From: Lingula anatina
Lineage: Eukaryota > Animalia > Brachiopoda
Reading direction: 5' to 3'
NCBI GenBank assembly: GCA_051362555.1
Contig: CM120642.1
Span: 13,640,001 to 13,704,000, forward strand
Length of the DNA stretch: 64,000 bases
Position numbers and translations under genes: made by a program. This document shows positions 23,339 through 37,500 of the stretch, piece after piece (position 1 is the stretch's first letter; each line of letters begins with the position of its first letter). The notes beneath the pieces were generated by a model. That model searched no databases and was not told the DNA's origin. It saw only the letters and a list, made by a program, of their open reading frames with translations.

Positions 23339-25176
23339 TTATTGGCAGGATGAAGAATTGAACTTACAAACAAAATCATGAGTATCGCTGCATAAATCAT
23401 CATACCATTTCCCGTGGTTCGAGACATATACTCCATATATTGCAACGACCAGACAGTTTCCAAAGCCAGTGGGGTTGAAGGGGCCCCAGTTCGTGAACGT
23501 CACATCCATGCCGTTGTGGTTCCATATGAAATGACCATCTGTCACGTGGCGAGTTCCGTCAATCCAAAAATGCGCTGTAATAGATGTTATGCTGATAAAG
23601 CAAATTTAGTATTTACATTATATATGTAAGTATTGTGTGTGGGTGTGTGTGTGTTCACTGTTGCCCTAAATGGTACACTTTTACCCTCTACCAGGGTAAG
23701 AGGTGGATGTTTAACTAGATAATCACATATATGTCTGTAGCTAATTCATGACGATTCATCAACCAGAGAAAAGTGCACATAGTAAACCTGGTAGAGGGGC
23801 TAGTACACGCTTGGGTTTATCCAATATTTTTATCTAGTCTTAATTGTAATCAATTGTAATTGAGTTGTGGTTCATCATGTTATAAATATATATGCAAAAA
23901 CGATGGAACAATGCATCAAGCAGTGAAAATAAGCTAAAAACAAAATAGATAAATAATAATACAGAATGAAAAACACTAACATTCAGAAAAACACGTAGGG
24001 CGAATGATGAAGTACACATATTTTATCAAAAATCCCTGGAACGTGTAAATGTGAATGAATGAACAAAGTGATAATAGACATTTACTTCCTCCACTACTAT
24101 AGACATGAGTTGCAATCAAGTCGTTCTCTTCTTCCGATTCAATGGTCGTTAGGAAGACCCCTGGGCCGAACGACTGACAGTGGGCATCGGCGTCTGTCCA
24201 TGCCTTGTTAGTGCCGTGAAAATACCAATGATTTCCTAGCTGTACAAAACCGTCGGGCACTATTTAAAACGAAAATGTACATTTGTACAGACATTAAGAT
24301 CATTTTCTTTTTAATTGCTTGGATTAACGATACCCTGTCATAGAGAAATGTACTGTATTTCACAATTTGTTTTTCATAGAAATGCAAAGGAATATGCTAT
24401 TTTATATGTATTCTTTTTTCTCTGTCACTTTTCTTGTCGTTGTATTTAACATTGTATGTCTTTTGTTTGAAGGTTAATTTTGATATTTCGTGTGAAATTG
24501 CTACACTTACCAGTTAAATTGAATCGATTGCAAGAGTCTGATTCATTGCTGGCGGGCACCTGAAAACTTGACTCCATTTTTCAATCTTATAATGATATTG
24601 TACATGCAATCGCTTATCAGCTAAATAGGAGTTACATTAAATCTAACGCTATGTTGCAAAATAACAGAAAGTAAATTGATATCAAAAAGTGCCTATCAAA
24701 TGTACATGAAAGCAAATACAAATTGATTAATAAACAATAAAGTATTTTAAAATCTCAGAAGTTCCAATTTGCCCTGATCTGAGCTTTTGGTCTGTACGTT
24801 TTCGGGTTCTGATGTGTTCCTCGTGTGTCTGATTAAGACTTACCATTTTAAGGTACTGAAATCCCTCCCGATAAATAAGCTTATCTGGCACCGCTATTTC
24901 ACTATTCAGCTCACACACCAACGATCCACATATCTTCCCTAAGTTCACAGACACGCACCTTGGGTCATTCAGACAATACACGGTGCACTCCAACTTGGAG
25001 CGAACCTCGTAACTGCCAATGACAGAACCATTGAGGGCGAGGTTGACGTTAACAGATCCCTCCACGGTCTGTTCTGTTTGGAACGTGGCGCTGGGCAAAC
25101 TGTTCGCTTGTCCGTACGAGAGCAAGGAGAGCAAAACGATGAAAACTGACCAGCGGTGACTATAGCGGTGGTCCAT
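23339..25176 (-). CDS. Lectin L2: PAN/Apple-like + C-type lectin (~263 aa)
   Basis: Exons 25176-24844, 24559-24511, 24259-24086 and 23574-23339, with the same phases as L1 and near-identical sizes (last exon 3 nt shorter); 792 nt in frame. Confidence 0.9.
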
Positions 25177-26408
25177 GGTCAGTTTACTGTCCTTCTCGGT
25201 GAAATGACTGAACGTCACCAATGGAATATTTCGGACAAAAGCGTATGTTTGTACTGTTTTTAAGTAAACCCTTGACTTTTTAATTTTTTTATGATCCCCA
25301 AAACACGAGAAGATGGACTATGTTGACATACTTGTACATACAGTTCGCAGATGTGCAGAAGATATACTAGTATCTCAATGTTGATGTAAAGCTGAACATC
25401 ATACTGTGGGTATGCGCAGCTCTAAAAGTCGACTCCACTCCTAAAACCCATTCATTAATCCACTGCTCAATTAAAAAATGTCAGCTTTGAGTAAATACAA
25501 ATAAAATGAAATCGACGATTAGTGAAAATAGGTTGACGTAGACTTGTGCAGTGCGGCTTGATTGATACAATGGCCTTCGGGAAAAGAATGACGGAAACAC
25601 AGGTGGAGTTATTCAGCATTTTTTATAAGAAATTATCATATGAAAGTTCATTGATCGCTTCGCAGGGTATTGGAGCCATCTTAATGCATATGGCCCCCGG
25701 TATTATTAGCAATGTCATGCTATGCCGTGATACGTATTCATAGTTTTTGACGTCGTTTACCCGAAGATAACATTTATCTTTTATTCAAATTATATGACAA
25801 ATATAATGAGAAATATAATTAATGGACGATTTGGGATTCCAGGATATACAAATATGCCGCAGGCTATATATAATTTAAGTATTTAAAGTATCAACAAGAC
25901 ATGACGTCATTAACCTCACTTTACTTGGAAGATGATGTTAGGACATGCTCGCTTAAATCAGTCGAAATTCTTTTGTGTTTAACAATGAAGTAGATAAATT
26001 ACAAAAAAATTGTTGATAAGCGAACGGTGTTCCGACTTTGTGAGCCTACTTTGACAATGTGGAAAATTGTCAAGTCCCAAAGTAATGCAGATAAGGTGTC
26101 ATGTATTTTTTCTAGAATTAAAATTGGTTGGAATAGAACATTTTGACATAACCGTTTATTATTGAAAACTTTTTAAAATGCATGAGTTTTTTACCTTCAA
26201 TGTCCGGCAAAATAAAAGGATATTAATTAGAGCGAATACTCATCAGGGCTGGATGAGATGAAAAGGGTGCAGTCCGACACACCATATCCTTCTCTTTATC
26301 GAAGAAGTGGAATGAATATCCTTTTATGTCTTTTTATTTAGATTTACCCTTTAATGTTTAGTTTATGATGCTATAGTTAAGCAAACCGACAACATCGGAT
26401 CATCATCA

Positions 26409-26447
<39 letters not shown>

Positions 26448-27525
26448 TAATGTGTGTCATTAAATTGTGTTTGCTGTGACTAATTTTGTCCATTTTTTTA
26501 TAAGCACTTTTCATTGCAAATGCCACGTTTTGCTATGAAAGAATACAAGAATGGAATGCCGTGATTATTTAAATCGCTTCACTTCAAATATTACAACCAT
26601 GCTTCTGTATTACCTAAAGAAAAAAAGTATATTTGTATGAGATTGATCATAAAAACGACAAACCCTTTCGCATGAAATGCATTTCATTACTGCAAATTCA
26701 CAAGGATAACAATGTAATATGACACATGAAATCCCCAAATTATTGTTTTATTCAGAAATCTCTACACAATACATTGAACAAGATAAAATTTTCACAAACG
26801 TTGTACACATTTTTTTCAATCGTCAGAGTAATGTCGCCTAGGGCTAAACTGAAATAATTGAGTATTGAGAATGACAGTTTATGTGATAGCGTACCGCAAA
26901 AGTCAGACAACATACTTTCTTTTCGTTTGTAAACATTCGCTATTTAAAATATTTATGATATCCTTGATTGTGGATTAAGTCAATTGAATCTTGACCTACA
27001 TGTACATATTCGCCCCTAAAAATATGTTTTACCACTAAATATCGTCCAAAAGGTGTCATCTACAACAGATATTTTAAAAGACATATGCATGTTATCAAAA
27101 TACCAATAAGAAAGTAAGTAGAATCACTATCTAGGAGAACAGAAATTCTGAATTACGTTTGTTTACATCTTCATATTTGTTCTCAGAGTACATTTAGTCT
27201 TTATATGGGAATATCTGGGGATATGATAAACAAGAACTGGTCCGTATCGACTGAGAAACTTAGGTTTCATATCTAATGGATATTTAACGCTTTTCAACGA
27301 AAAAATTAGGTGAAAATACCGGTACGTGCTGTTTTCTTCAGAGGCTTGTGGGTCGAGTACTGATCTTTTGAATTTTTGCTGTATACGTTACTGTACAAAC
27401 GACAAGGTTAAACATTACATTAACCCTTTGCCCTTTGTGAAACATATTGCAGTATCGCGTAAAATGTTTGGAAGAGTAACGGGTTTGGAACAATGTTTAA
27501 ACAGAGCTGTAATAAAGCCCTACAT

Positions 27526-30467
27526 TTATCGGCATGATGAAGAATTGAACTTACAGACAAAATCATAAGTATCGCCACATAAATCATCATACCACATCCC
27601 ATGGTCCGAGTCGCGTGGTCCATATACTGCAACGGCCAGGCAGTTTCCGTAGCCGCTAGGGTAGAAGGGGCCCCAGTTCGTGAACGCCATGTCCATACCG
27701 TTGTGGGTCCATTTGAAATGACCATCTGTCACTTGACGCCTTCCGTCTATCCAAAAATGCGCTGTAATAGATTTTTATGCTGATAATGCAAACTTCGCCT
27801 TTATAAAATCATGTAAGTATTGTGTGTGTGTGTGTGTGTGTGTGTTGACAGCACTTTTACCCTCTGCCAGAGTCACAGGTGAATTTTTCACTAGATAACC
27901 ACAGATAGGTCTGTGGCTAATTCATGGCACGATGCGATATTCGCGCTATAGAAAAGTGCACATAATTAATTTGCGGAAGGTACCTGTAGAGGATAGTACA
28001 CTTTTGGGTTTATCCATTATTTTTATCTACTCTTAAATATAATCAGAGTTGTATAGAACAGTTTCATTAGCTATGTTATTCTACGAAAATATAAGTAGCG
28101 ATAGACAAAAGAATCTTCACAAGTCTAATCAGAGTTATAATTATACATGTAAAAACGATGAAACAATGTCTCCAGTAGTAAAGATAAACTGATAACAAAA
28201 ATAAATAATAACTAGAGGATCAGAGAGGCGATACCGCCTCCGGGTATTGCACCACCAACTGGAGTAAGCGCATTCGTATGGAAGACAAAAAAGTGACATC
28301 ACCTCCAGTATTTTGTTTGACACGCTCTACAAATTACAGGAAACAAGAGTTCTCACTTTTTTTTGTTGAAAAATACAATTTATAATAAAATCATGGGGAA
28401 AAGTAAAAGGTCAAATCCAAGTCTGTGAAGTGTGGTTCATGACGAAAAGTAGGTCAAAGTTCAAATTCATGGTTACGGTTAGACTGCCAGTATATGACTT
28501 CTTATTCAAGTTCAATAGTAACTATGCGCGTATCTCTGCCAGTTTTGGAGATAAAAGGGAAGGAAAATGTTAAACCGACAGAGCCCAAAATTTACGTAGA
28601 TCGTGTTGAGATTGTCTGTTGCTTAAATCTAAGAGATCGGTACGCAGGCCCTTGTAGTCTAGGAGGAGAAGCGGTAACGGTGACATGGCGGTGGAGCCGG
28701 CGGATACGGCGGACGAGACGGATCGGGACTAAAACCATGTGTACAATAACATACCGGGTAGATTCTACAGAATGAGAAACACAAGCATTCAGAAAAACAG
28801 GTGTGGCGAATGATAAAGTACACATATTCTACAAAGAAAAACGACTGGTACATGATTATGTAAATGAATGAACATAGTGATAAAAGACATTTACTTCCTC
28901 CACTCCTATCGACGTGAGTTACAATCAAGTCGTTCTCTTCTTCCGATTCAATGGTCGTTAGGAAGACCCCTGGGCCGAGCGACTGACAGTAGGCATTGGC
29001 GTCTCTCCATGCCTTGTTAGTACCGTGCAAATACCAATGATTTCCAAGCTGTACAAAACCGTCGGGCACTGAAAATACGAATATGTTCATGATCATTTTC
29101 TCTTTAAGTGCTTGGATTAACACAACTCAGTATCAATTGTGAGAAAATGAATATTTTAGAAATTATTTCTTTTATTATGGTTTGCGTATCACGCAGTTTT
29201 CAAAATGTTATCGTGCTATTGAAACGCGATTAAAGATTATATGCATCAGAAGTGGAAGTTTTATTTTCTTGCTTTCCAACGAGTTATTCTTGTATATCAC
29301 AGAAATTGACGCAAAACACTGCTATCACTATTCATTAAGGTATGTCTTTAGCATTAACTGACGTAAAAAACTTGTTTGTTATATAACATTTGTTCCTGAG
29401 GGTGAAAATCTACAACTATCCCAATTCTGCATGTGAACAGAAGTGAAAAGGAACATACAATTTAGATGTACGTTCTGTTTTTTCTCGGTCACCTACAGTG
29501 CATATTGTAAGCACCAGAGGTCTTTTGTGTGAAGATTCATTTTGATATTTTCTGTGAAATTGTCGCACTTACCAGTTAAATTGTGAGGATTGCAAGAATT
29601 TGATTCATTGCTGGCAGTAACCTGAAAAATAATACCCCATGAAACACATTTTTCGTTCAATTTATGATATAATGGAGGCATTTGTTCATCGGCTAAAATG
29701 AGAGTTACATTTTCTATATCAGATATCTTCAGGCATCTAAATTATCCATCTTAAAACATCCACCAAGTAGACATAAAAGAAAGAATACGAGAACAATAAA
29801 ATTAACCCATTGGATGATTTTGTTTGCGGAAATTTGATTAATAGAAAAGAAAAAATTGACTTAGCGTTAGGTTTTAAAATAACAAAAAGAACGCTGTTTT
29901 CAAATTTTTCATAGGTAGGGCCTAGTTCTACATGTAGTGCTGTGTACCGGAACTATCTATAAAATGTACAAATACAAATTGATCAACAAAAGATTTAGAA
30001 ATAACCCGTTTTTTCTTTCTTTTTTTTTTTAATTATGAAAAACTTTAAAATCTGGAAACCTCCAATTTGACTTGGGTTTCCCTTTGGTCTTTTACGTTTA
30101 TTGCATATATTTTCTGGGTCTGATTAAGACTCACCATTTTAAGGTGTTGAAATCCCTCCCGATATATAAGTTTATCCGGCTCTGCAATTTCACTATTCAG
30201 CTCACACACCAACGATCCACTTATTTCCCCTAAGTTCACAGACACGCACCTTGGGTCATTCAGACAAAACACGGTGCATTCCAATTTGGAGCGAATATTG
30301 TGCCTGCTAATGACAGACCCATTGAGGGCAAGGTTGACGTTAACAGATCCCTCCACGGTCTGCTCTGTTTGAAACGTAGCACTGGGCAAACTGTTCCCTT
30401 GTCCGTACGAGAGCAAGGGCAACAAAACGATGAAAACTGACCAGCGGTGACTATGGCGGTGGTCCAT
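27526..30467 (-). CDS. Lectin L3: PAN/Apple-like + C-type lectin (~263 aa)
   Basis: Exons 30467-30135, 29621-29573, 29068-28895 and 27761-27526; 792 nt in frame. Confidence 0.9.
28211..28765 (+). mobile_element. Insertion in L3 intron 3, probably Helentron/HINE-like
   Basis: About 555 bp starting ACTAGAGG, containing AGGTCAAAG motifs and a GC-rich (CGG/GACG) tract near the end. L2 (~23950) and L4 (~35720) have the uninterrupted AATAATA.C.GAATGAAAAACAC site. Confidence 0.6.
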
Positions 30468-32267
30468 GGTGAGTCTACTGTCCTTCTCGGAACGTCACCA
30501 ATGGAATATTTCGGACAAAAGCGTATGTTAAAATTTGTACTGTTTTTAAGTAAACCCTTGACTTTTTTTATTTTTTATGATCCCCAAAACACGAGAAGAT
30601 GGACTATGTTGACATACTTGTACATACAGTTCGCAGATGTGCAGAAGATCTACTAGTATCTCAATTTTGATGTAAAGCTGAACATCATACTGTGGGTATG
30701 CGCAACTCTCAAAGTCGACTGTATTCCTTAAACCCACTCATTAATTCACTGCTTAATTAAAAAGTCGGCTTCAGGTAAGTACAAATAAAATGAAATCGAA
30801 GATTTGTGAAATTAGGTTGACGTACACTTGTTCGATGTGACTTGATTGATAAAATAGCCTTTGGGAAAAGAATGAAGGTAACACAGGCGGAGTTATTCTC
30901 CATTTTTATAAGAAATCATCATATAAAAGTTCATTGATCGCAACGCAGGGTATTGGAGTCGTCTTAATAGATATGGCCCCCGGTATTATTAGCAATGCCA
31001 TGCTATGCAGTGATACGTATTTATAGTAGTTTACCCGAAGATAACATTAATCTTTTAGTCAAATGTATTTTAAGAGAAAATAACAAATGGACGATATGGC
31101 ATTCCAGGTTATGCAAATATGCCGGAGGCTATATTATTTAAATATTTAAAGTATCAACAAGTCATGACGTCATTAACCTACCCTTACTTTGAAGATAATG
31201 TTAGAACATGTTTGCTTAAATCAGTCGAAATTCTTTTGTATTTAACAATGGGGTAGATAAATTTCAAAAAAAATGTTGATAAGCGAACAGTGTGTCGACT
31301 TTGTGAGCCTACTTTGACAATGCGGATAAAAGCTATCTGTATGTCACATGAAAATTGACATGCCCCGAAGTTATGAAGATAAGGTGTCTTGTATTTTTTT
31401 CTAGAATAAAAATTGGTTAGAATAGACAATTTTGACTTAACCGTTTATTATTGAAAACTTTTAAAAATGCATGTGTTTTTTACCGTCAATGTCCGTCAAA
31501 ATAAAAGGATATTAATTAGAACGAATACTCACCAGGGATGGATGAGATGAAAGGGTGCAGTCCGACACACCATACCCTTCTTTTTATCAAAGAAATAGAA
31601 TGTCCTTTTATTTAGATTTTCCCTTAAATGTTTAGTTTATGTTGCTATAGTTAAGAAAAACGACAACATCGGATCATCATCATCATCATCATCTCTCTCT
31701 CTCTCTCTCTTTCTCTCAATGTGTGTCATTAAATTGTGTTTGCTGTGACGGATTGTGCCCATTGTTTTTTATAAGCACCTTTTAATGCAAATGCCACGTT
31801 TTGCTATGGAAGAATTCAAGAATGGAATGCCATGATTATTTAAATCGCTTCACTTCAAATATTACAAACATGCTTCTCTATTACACTCAAAAAAGAAAAA
31901 AAGTATATTTGTATGAGATTGGTAATAAAAACGACTAACCCTTTCGCGTGAAATGCATTTCATAACTGCAAATTCACAAGGATAACAATGAAATATCACA
32001 CATGAAATCACCAAATTATTGTTTTATTCAGAAATCTCTACACAATAAATTGAACAAGATAAAACTTTCACAAACATTGTACACATTTTTTTCCAATCGT
32101 CAGAGTAATGTCGCCTAGGGCTAAACTGAAATAATTGAGTATTGAGATTGACAGTTTATGTGATAGCGTATCGTAAAAGTCAGACAACATACTTTCTTTT
32201 CATTTGTAAACATTCGCTATTTAAAATATTTATGATATCCTTGATTGTGGATTAAGTCAATTGAATT

Positions 32268-33640
32268 GCAAAGTTGGTATCAATTCTGTGAGAAAATCAT
32301 CCCCAGAAATGCACTGCATGACGTCACGCTTAGCCCACTGCGCATGCGTGCACTTTTAATGAGTTGCTAGATTGCCATAGGAAAATGAATGGGTTCGCGA
32401 TTCGTGGGTAATTCGTGATAACTGACAAACTAACGGCCTGATGCCGATAGACAGCAACGCTGTGCTATGCTTCAAGCAACTCCTGACCAAATATCGCTAT
32501 GGTTTTTAAAAAAATTCTGTTGTACACACGTAATAAGAAGTTTGCCCTGTATTGCCTAGCCTACCCTCAGCAAAACGCACATATTTTCAGAAATAGTGAT
32601 TTTTGACGGTAGATTCACTCAGAAACAAAGGCAAACTAATTCGTTGCCGATAGCACTAGCAGATAGCAGCACCATACAGAGTCAGATTAAAAAGTTTCAT
32701 GGCAATTGAAGAACTTTTGCCACTGTACAATGGAGTCCAAAAAAAAGCACTTGACACAAATGTGAAACTGCCCATGCAGTGCAAGGCCAAGAATTCAATC
32801 AGAATTTTCAATCATATTATCAGATTCTACATAAATTGACTGACAATATCACTACTCAGTATTTTACTAATCTCTTAACCCAAAATTCCTACCATCATTT
32901 AATAATAATGCAAAATTCTTCTTTCAGATTGCTATTTATTTTAAAGTTTAATGCTGCAACTGTTCAAAAATAATCTTGTAGTAAAGGAGAAATGCAAATA
33001 AGAAGTGGAAGACCAATTTTACCCACATTATTAAATTATTTGAATATAAAAAGAATAAGATCACGATTTAACAAATTAAAATAATCCTTCATGAACTCTT
33101 TCATGAATAACATATTAAACAAAATTAAAGTTATAAATTAGTGGTAATGGCTTATTCTGGAATATAGCCTATGACCTCTGCACATCATCAGTACCCGACT
33201 TGGTACAGTGTAGTTACTGCTTGGATACAGAGTTGGATTTAATAATGTAACAATAAGAACAATATATATTACAATAAACTTCTCTGCACATATCATACGC
33301 TTGTTACCATGAACTAACACTACTTGACAATGGGCTGAGCACTTATCACAGAGTCTGTGTGCGATGCCATTGTTGTGCTGTGATTGGCTAGTTGAGTCAC
33401 GTGAAGCCCTACTGTAGCGCCCTCGCGTATCGCGTGAATGCTGCGCATTTCTGGCCATGGCACTCATGGCCACTAGACAATCATTCAACAATCTGTTAAC
33501 AAAGGTGTACTGTTTTTAGCCAGTACTGTTTTTAGACACCCCCTCCCACACCTCCCCTCGTAGCTCCCCCCCCCCTCTCGTGTCCGCTCACTGCCCCCCC
33601 CCCCCCCCCCCCCTGGCATTTTGGTCAGGCTACGGCCCTG
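32268..33640. mobile_element. Composite foreign sequence (probable TE fragments) in the L3-L4 spacer
   Basis: Has no counterpart in the other lectin spacers. It ends in a poly-C MITE terminus GGCTACGGCCCTG. The family of the left part is unidentified. Confidence 0.45.
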
Positions 33641-35104
33641 AATATCTTGTATTTTTCCCTAGAATTGAAATTGGTTAGAATAGGCAATGTTGACTTAACC
33701 GTTTACTATTGAAAACTTTTAAACTTCCATGCCTGGCAAAATAAAATGATAGCCCAATTGGCTAAAGCTAATGCTCATCAGGGCTGGATGGGGTGAAAAG
33801 GGTGCAGGCTGACACACCATACCCTTACCTTTATCGAAGAAGTGGAATGAATATCCCCATATAACTACTTAAACATGTCCTTTTATTTAGATTTACTCTT
33901 TAATGTTTATTTTATGATGCTATGAAGCTATGCAAACCAACCACATCGGAACACAAGGATAACAATGTTATATGGCACATAAAATCACCAAATAATTGTT
34001 TTATTCAGAAATCTTTGAACAAAACACTGAAGCAGATAAATTATAATATGCGTTGTGTGTATTTTCACTCAATCGTCAGAGAAATGTCTCCTAGAAACAG
34101 AATTTTTGAAAAGTGAGAGTGACAGGTCATGTAACAGCGTACTGCAAAAGAGAGTCAGACTACAGACTTTCCTTTTATTTGTGAATTTTCGCTATTTGAA
34201 ATATTTAAGATATCCTTCATTGTGGCAAAATTAAGTAAATTGAATCTTGACCTATATGTACATTTTCGCCTCTAAATATTTGTTTTTACCATTAAATACC
34301 GTCCAAAAGTTGCCATCTACAATAGATATTAAGAGACGCATATTATCAAAAATTCTAATAAGAATGCAGGTACATGTAGTATCACTATCTAGGAGAACAG
34401 AAATTCCGTTTAACATTTTTCTTATCTTCATTTATGTTCTCAAGGTACATTGTGCTACATTTAATCTAAATGACTAAGTTTCTACTGGTGGGGGTATTTC
34501 TTTGCCAAAATATCAAGATAATTCAGCTTTGGTTTAAGTTTCACTAACTTTTTAATAATTATTAATATTTGTCTCCACTCCAATCTTATATAAAATGCCG
34601 CATATCATTGAATCGAGGTTCAGTCTTCATTTGACCTGTCTTCATTTTCAGATGTCCTTACGTTCGCACACTTTTTGGGTTCTGGCCTTGGCGCAGTAAA
34701 GTTACCTCAGTGTCCAAAAATGGGAATCGATATGAAAATGAAGAAATTTGTCCGTGTCGGCTGTGAAACTCAGGTTACATATCTAAAAGATATATATACC
34801 GTTTTTCACCATAAAAAAATTTAGCTGGAAACAAATTTTGTTTTCTTGAGAGGCTTGTGGATCGAGAATTAAATCCTTTGAAATTTTGCTGTATACGTTA
34901 CGGTACAATGGGCCGTGAAACATACGGTAGTTACACGGAACATTCTTAGCACAATTGGAGTGGAGTTGTTGACGCCTATATACCACTAGAAAATGTCCCA
35001 CCCTTTGTGAAACATATTGCATTACTGTGTAACATGTTTGCATCAGACGGAGAGTTAAATCTTTCGAACAATCTTTCAACAAAGCTGTAATTAAAACCCT
35101 TCAT

Positions 35105-37500
35105 TTACTGGCAAGACGAAAAATAGAACTTACAGACAAAATCATAAGTATCGTCACAATAATCATCATACCATTTTCCGTGGTACAGGTCGCGTGGTCC
35201 ATATACTGCAACGACCAGGCAGTTTCCATGGCCGCTAGGACTGTAAGGGTCCCAGTTTGTGAACGTCAAACCCGTACCGTTGTGGTTCCATATGAAATGA
35301 CCATCTGTCTTGTGACGAGTTCCGTCAATCCAAAAATCCGCTGCAATAGATTGTTATGTTGATAATTAAGGCATTAAAGTATTTACAGTATATATACAGG
35401 TACATGTAGTGTGTGTGTGTGTGTGTGCGTTTGTGCGTGTGTTCATTGTTGCCCTAAATGGTACTCTTTTACCCTCCACATGGGTCACAAGTGGACATTA
35501 CACTAGATAACCACAGGTACATGTACGTCTGTAGCTAATTCACGACATGATACGATTCTCGCGCTAGAGTAAAGTACACAATTAACCTGCAGCCCTGGTA
35601 GAAGGTAGTACACTTTTGGGGTTATCCAATATTTTATGTGGTTTATCAGGTTATACGCGTAAAAATGATGGAGCAACATCTCCAGTAGTAAAGATAATCT
35701 GATAAAAATGAATAAATTATAATAATACCGAATGAAAAACACTAACATTCAGGTAGGACGAATTGTTAAGTACACATATTCTACAAAAAATAAATAATGA
35801 TAATAATAAAAAAATAAATCAGGCAACATGTATATGTAAATGAATGAACACAGCGATAAATATTAATAGACATTTACTTCCTCCACTCCTATATACGTGA
35901 GTTGCAATCAAGTCGTTCTCTTCTTCTGATTCAATGGTCGTTAGGAAGACCCCTAGGCCAAACGTCTGACAGTAGGTATTGGCGTCTGTCCATGCCTTGT
36001 CAGTGCCGTGCAAATACCAATGATTTCCAAGCTGTACAAAGCCGTTGGGGACTATTTAAAACAAAAATATACATTTATACTGATGTTAAGATCATTTTAT
36101 TTTCACGTGCTTGGACACCTAGTATCAATTGTGAGAAAAATGAGTATTTTAGATATTATTTCTTACCTAAGGTTTTATAATGGTTTATGTATTACGCAGT
36201 TCTCGAAGTGTTATTGTGCTATATTGAATTGTGATGAAACATTATATGGTAGAGAATCATTTATCAGATATACATGTATCAGAAGGGGAAGTTTTATTTT
36301 CTTGCTTTCCGACGAGTTTATTCGTCTATATCACACAAATTGATTTAAAACACTGATATCACTATTCACTAAGATATGTCTTCAGCATTAGCCGACGTAA
36401 AGAACTTGCTTGTTATATAACATTTGTTTCTGGCAACTATTTTAAACCTGCGTGTGAACGGAAGGAACATACTATTTAGATATGCGCTCTGTTTTTTTCA
36501 TCGGTCACGTGTAGCACTTTTATTGTCATTGCATCTAAAATTGAATGCATTAGAAGTCTTTTGCGTGAAGATTAATGCTGATATTTCCTGTGAAATTGTT
36601 GCACTTACCAGTTAAATTGTGAGGATTGCAAGAATTTGATTCATTTCTGGCAGTAACCTGAAAAATAATACCCCATGGAACACATTTTTCGTTCTTTTTA
36701 TGATATAATGGAGGCATTTTTTCATCGGCTAAAATGAGAGTTACATTTTCTACATCAGATATCTTCAGGCATCTAAATTATCCATCTTAAAACATCCACC
36801 AAGTAGACATAAAAGAAAGAATACGAGAACAATAAAATTAACCCATTGGATGATTTTGTTTGCGGAAATTTGATTAATAGAAAAGAAAAAATTGACTTAG
36901 CGTTAGGTTTTAAAAGAACAAAAAGAACGCTGTTTTCAAATTTTTCATAGGTAGGGCCTAGTTCTATATGTAGTGCTGTGTACCGGAACTATCTATAAAA
37001 TGTACAAATACAAATTGATCAACAAAGGATTTAGAAATAACCCCTTTTTTCTTTCTTTTTTTCAATAATGAAAAACTTTAAAATCTCGAAACCTCCAATT
37101 TGACTTGGGTTTCCCTTTGGTCTTTTACGTTTATTGCATATATTTTCTGGGTCTGATTAAGACTCACCATTTTAAGGTGTTTAAATCCCTGCCGATAAAT
37201 CAGTTTATCCGGCTCCGCTATTTCACTATTCAGCTCACACACCAACGATCCACTTATTTCCCCTAAGTTCACGGACACGCACCTAGGGTCATTAAGACAA
37301 AACACGGAGCATTCCAATTTGGAGCGAATATTGTGCCTGCTAATGACAGACCCATTGAGGGCAAGGTTGACGTTAACAGATCCCTCCACGGTCTGCTCTA
37401 TTTGAAACGTAGCACTGGGCAAACTGTTCCCTTGTCCGTACGAGAGCAAGGACAACAAAACGATGAAAACTGACCAGCGGTGACTATAGCGGTGGTGCAT
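35105..37500 (-). CDS. Lectin L4: PAN/Apple-like + C-type lectin (~263 aa)
   Basis: Exons 37500-37168, 36657-36609, 36051-35878 and 35340-35105 (FWIDGTRHKTDGHFIW..WDPYSPSGHGNCLVV..WYDDYC..FVCKFYFSSCQ*; this exon is missed by the ORF track). 792 nt in frame. Confidence 0.88.

Noticed and set aside
25177-25221. N-terminal extension of L2 given by the ORF track (MVTFSHF..)
   Set aside because: It uses a non-ATG start; paralogs L1, L3 and L4 begin at the ATG equivalent to 25176.
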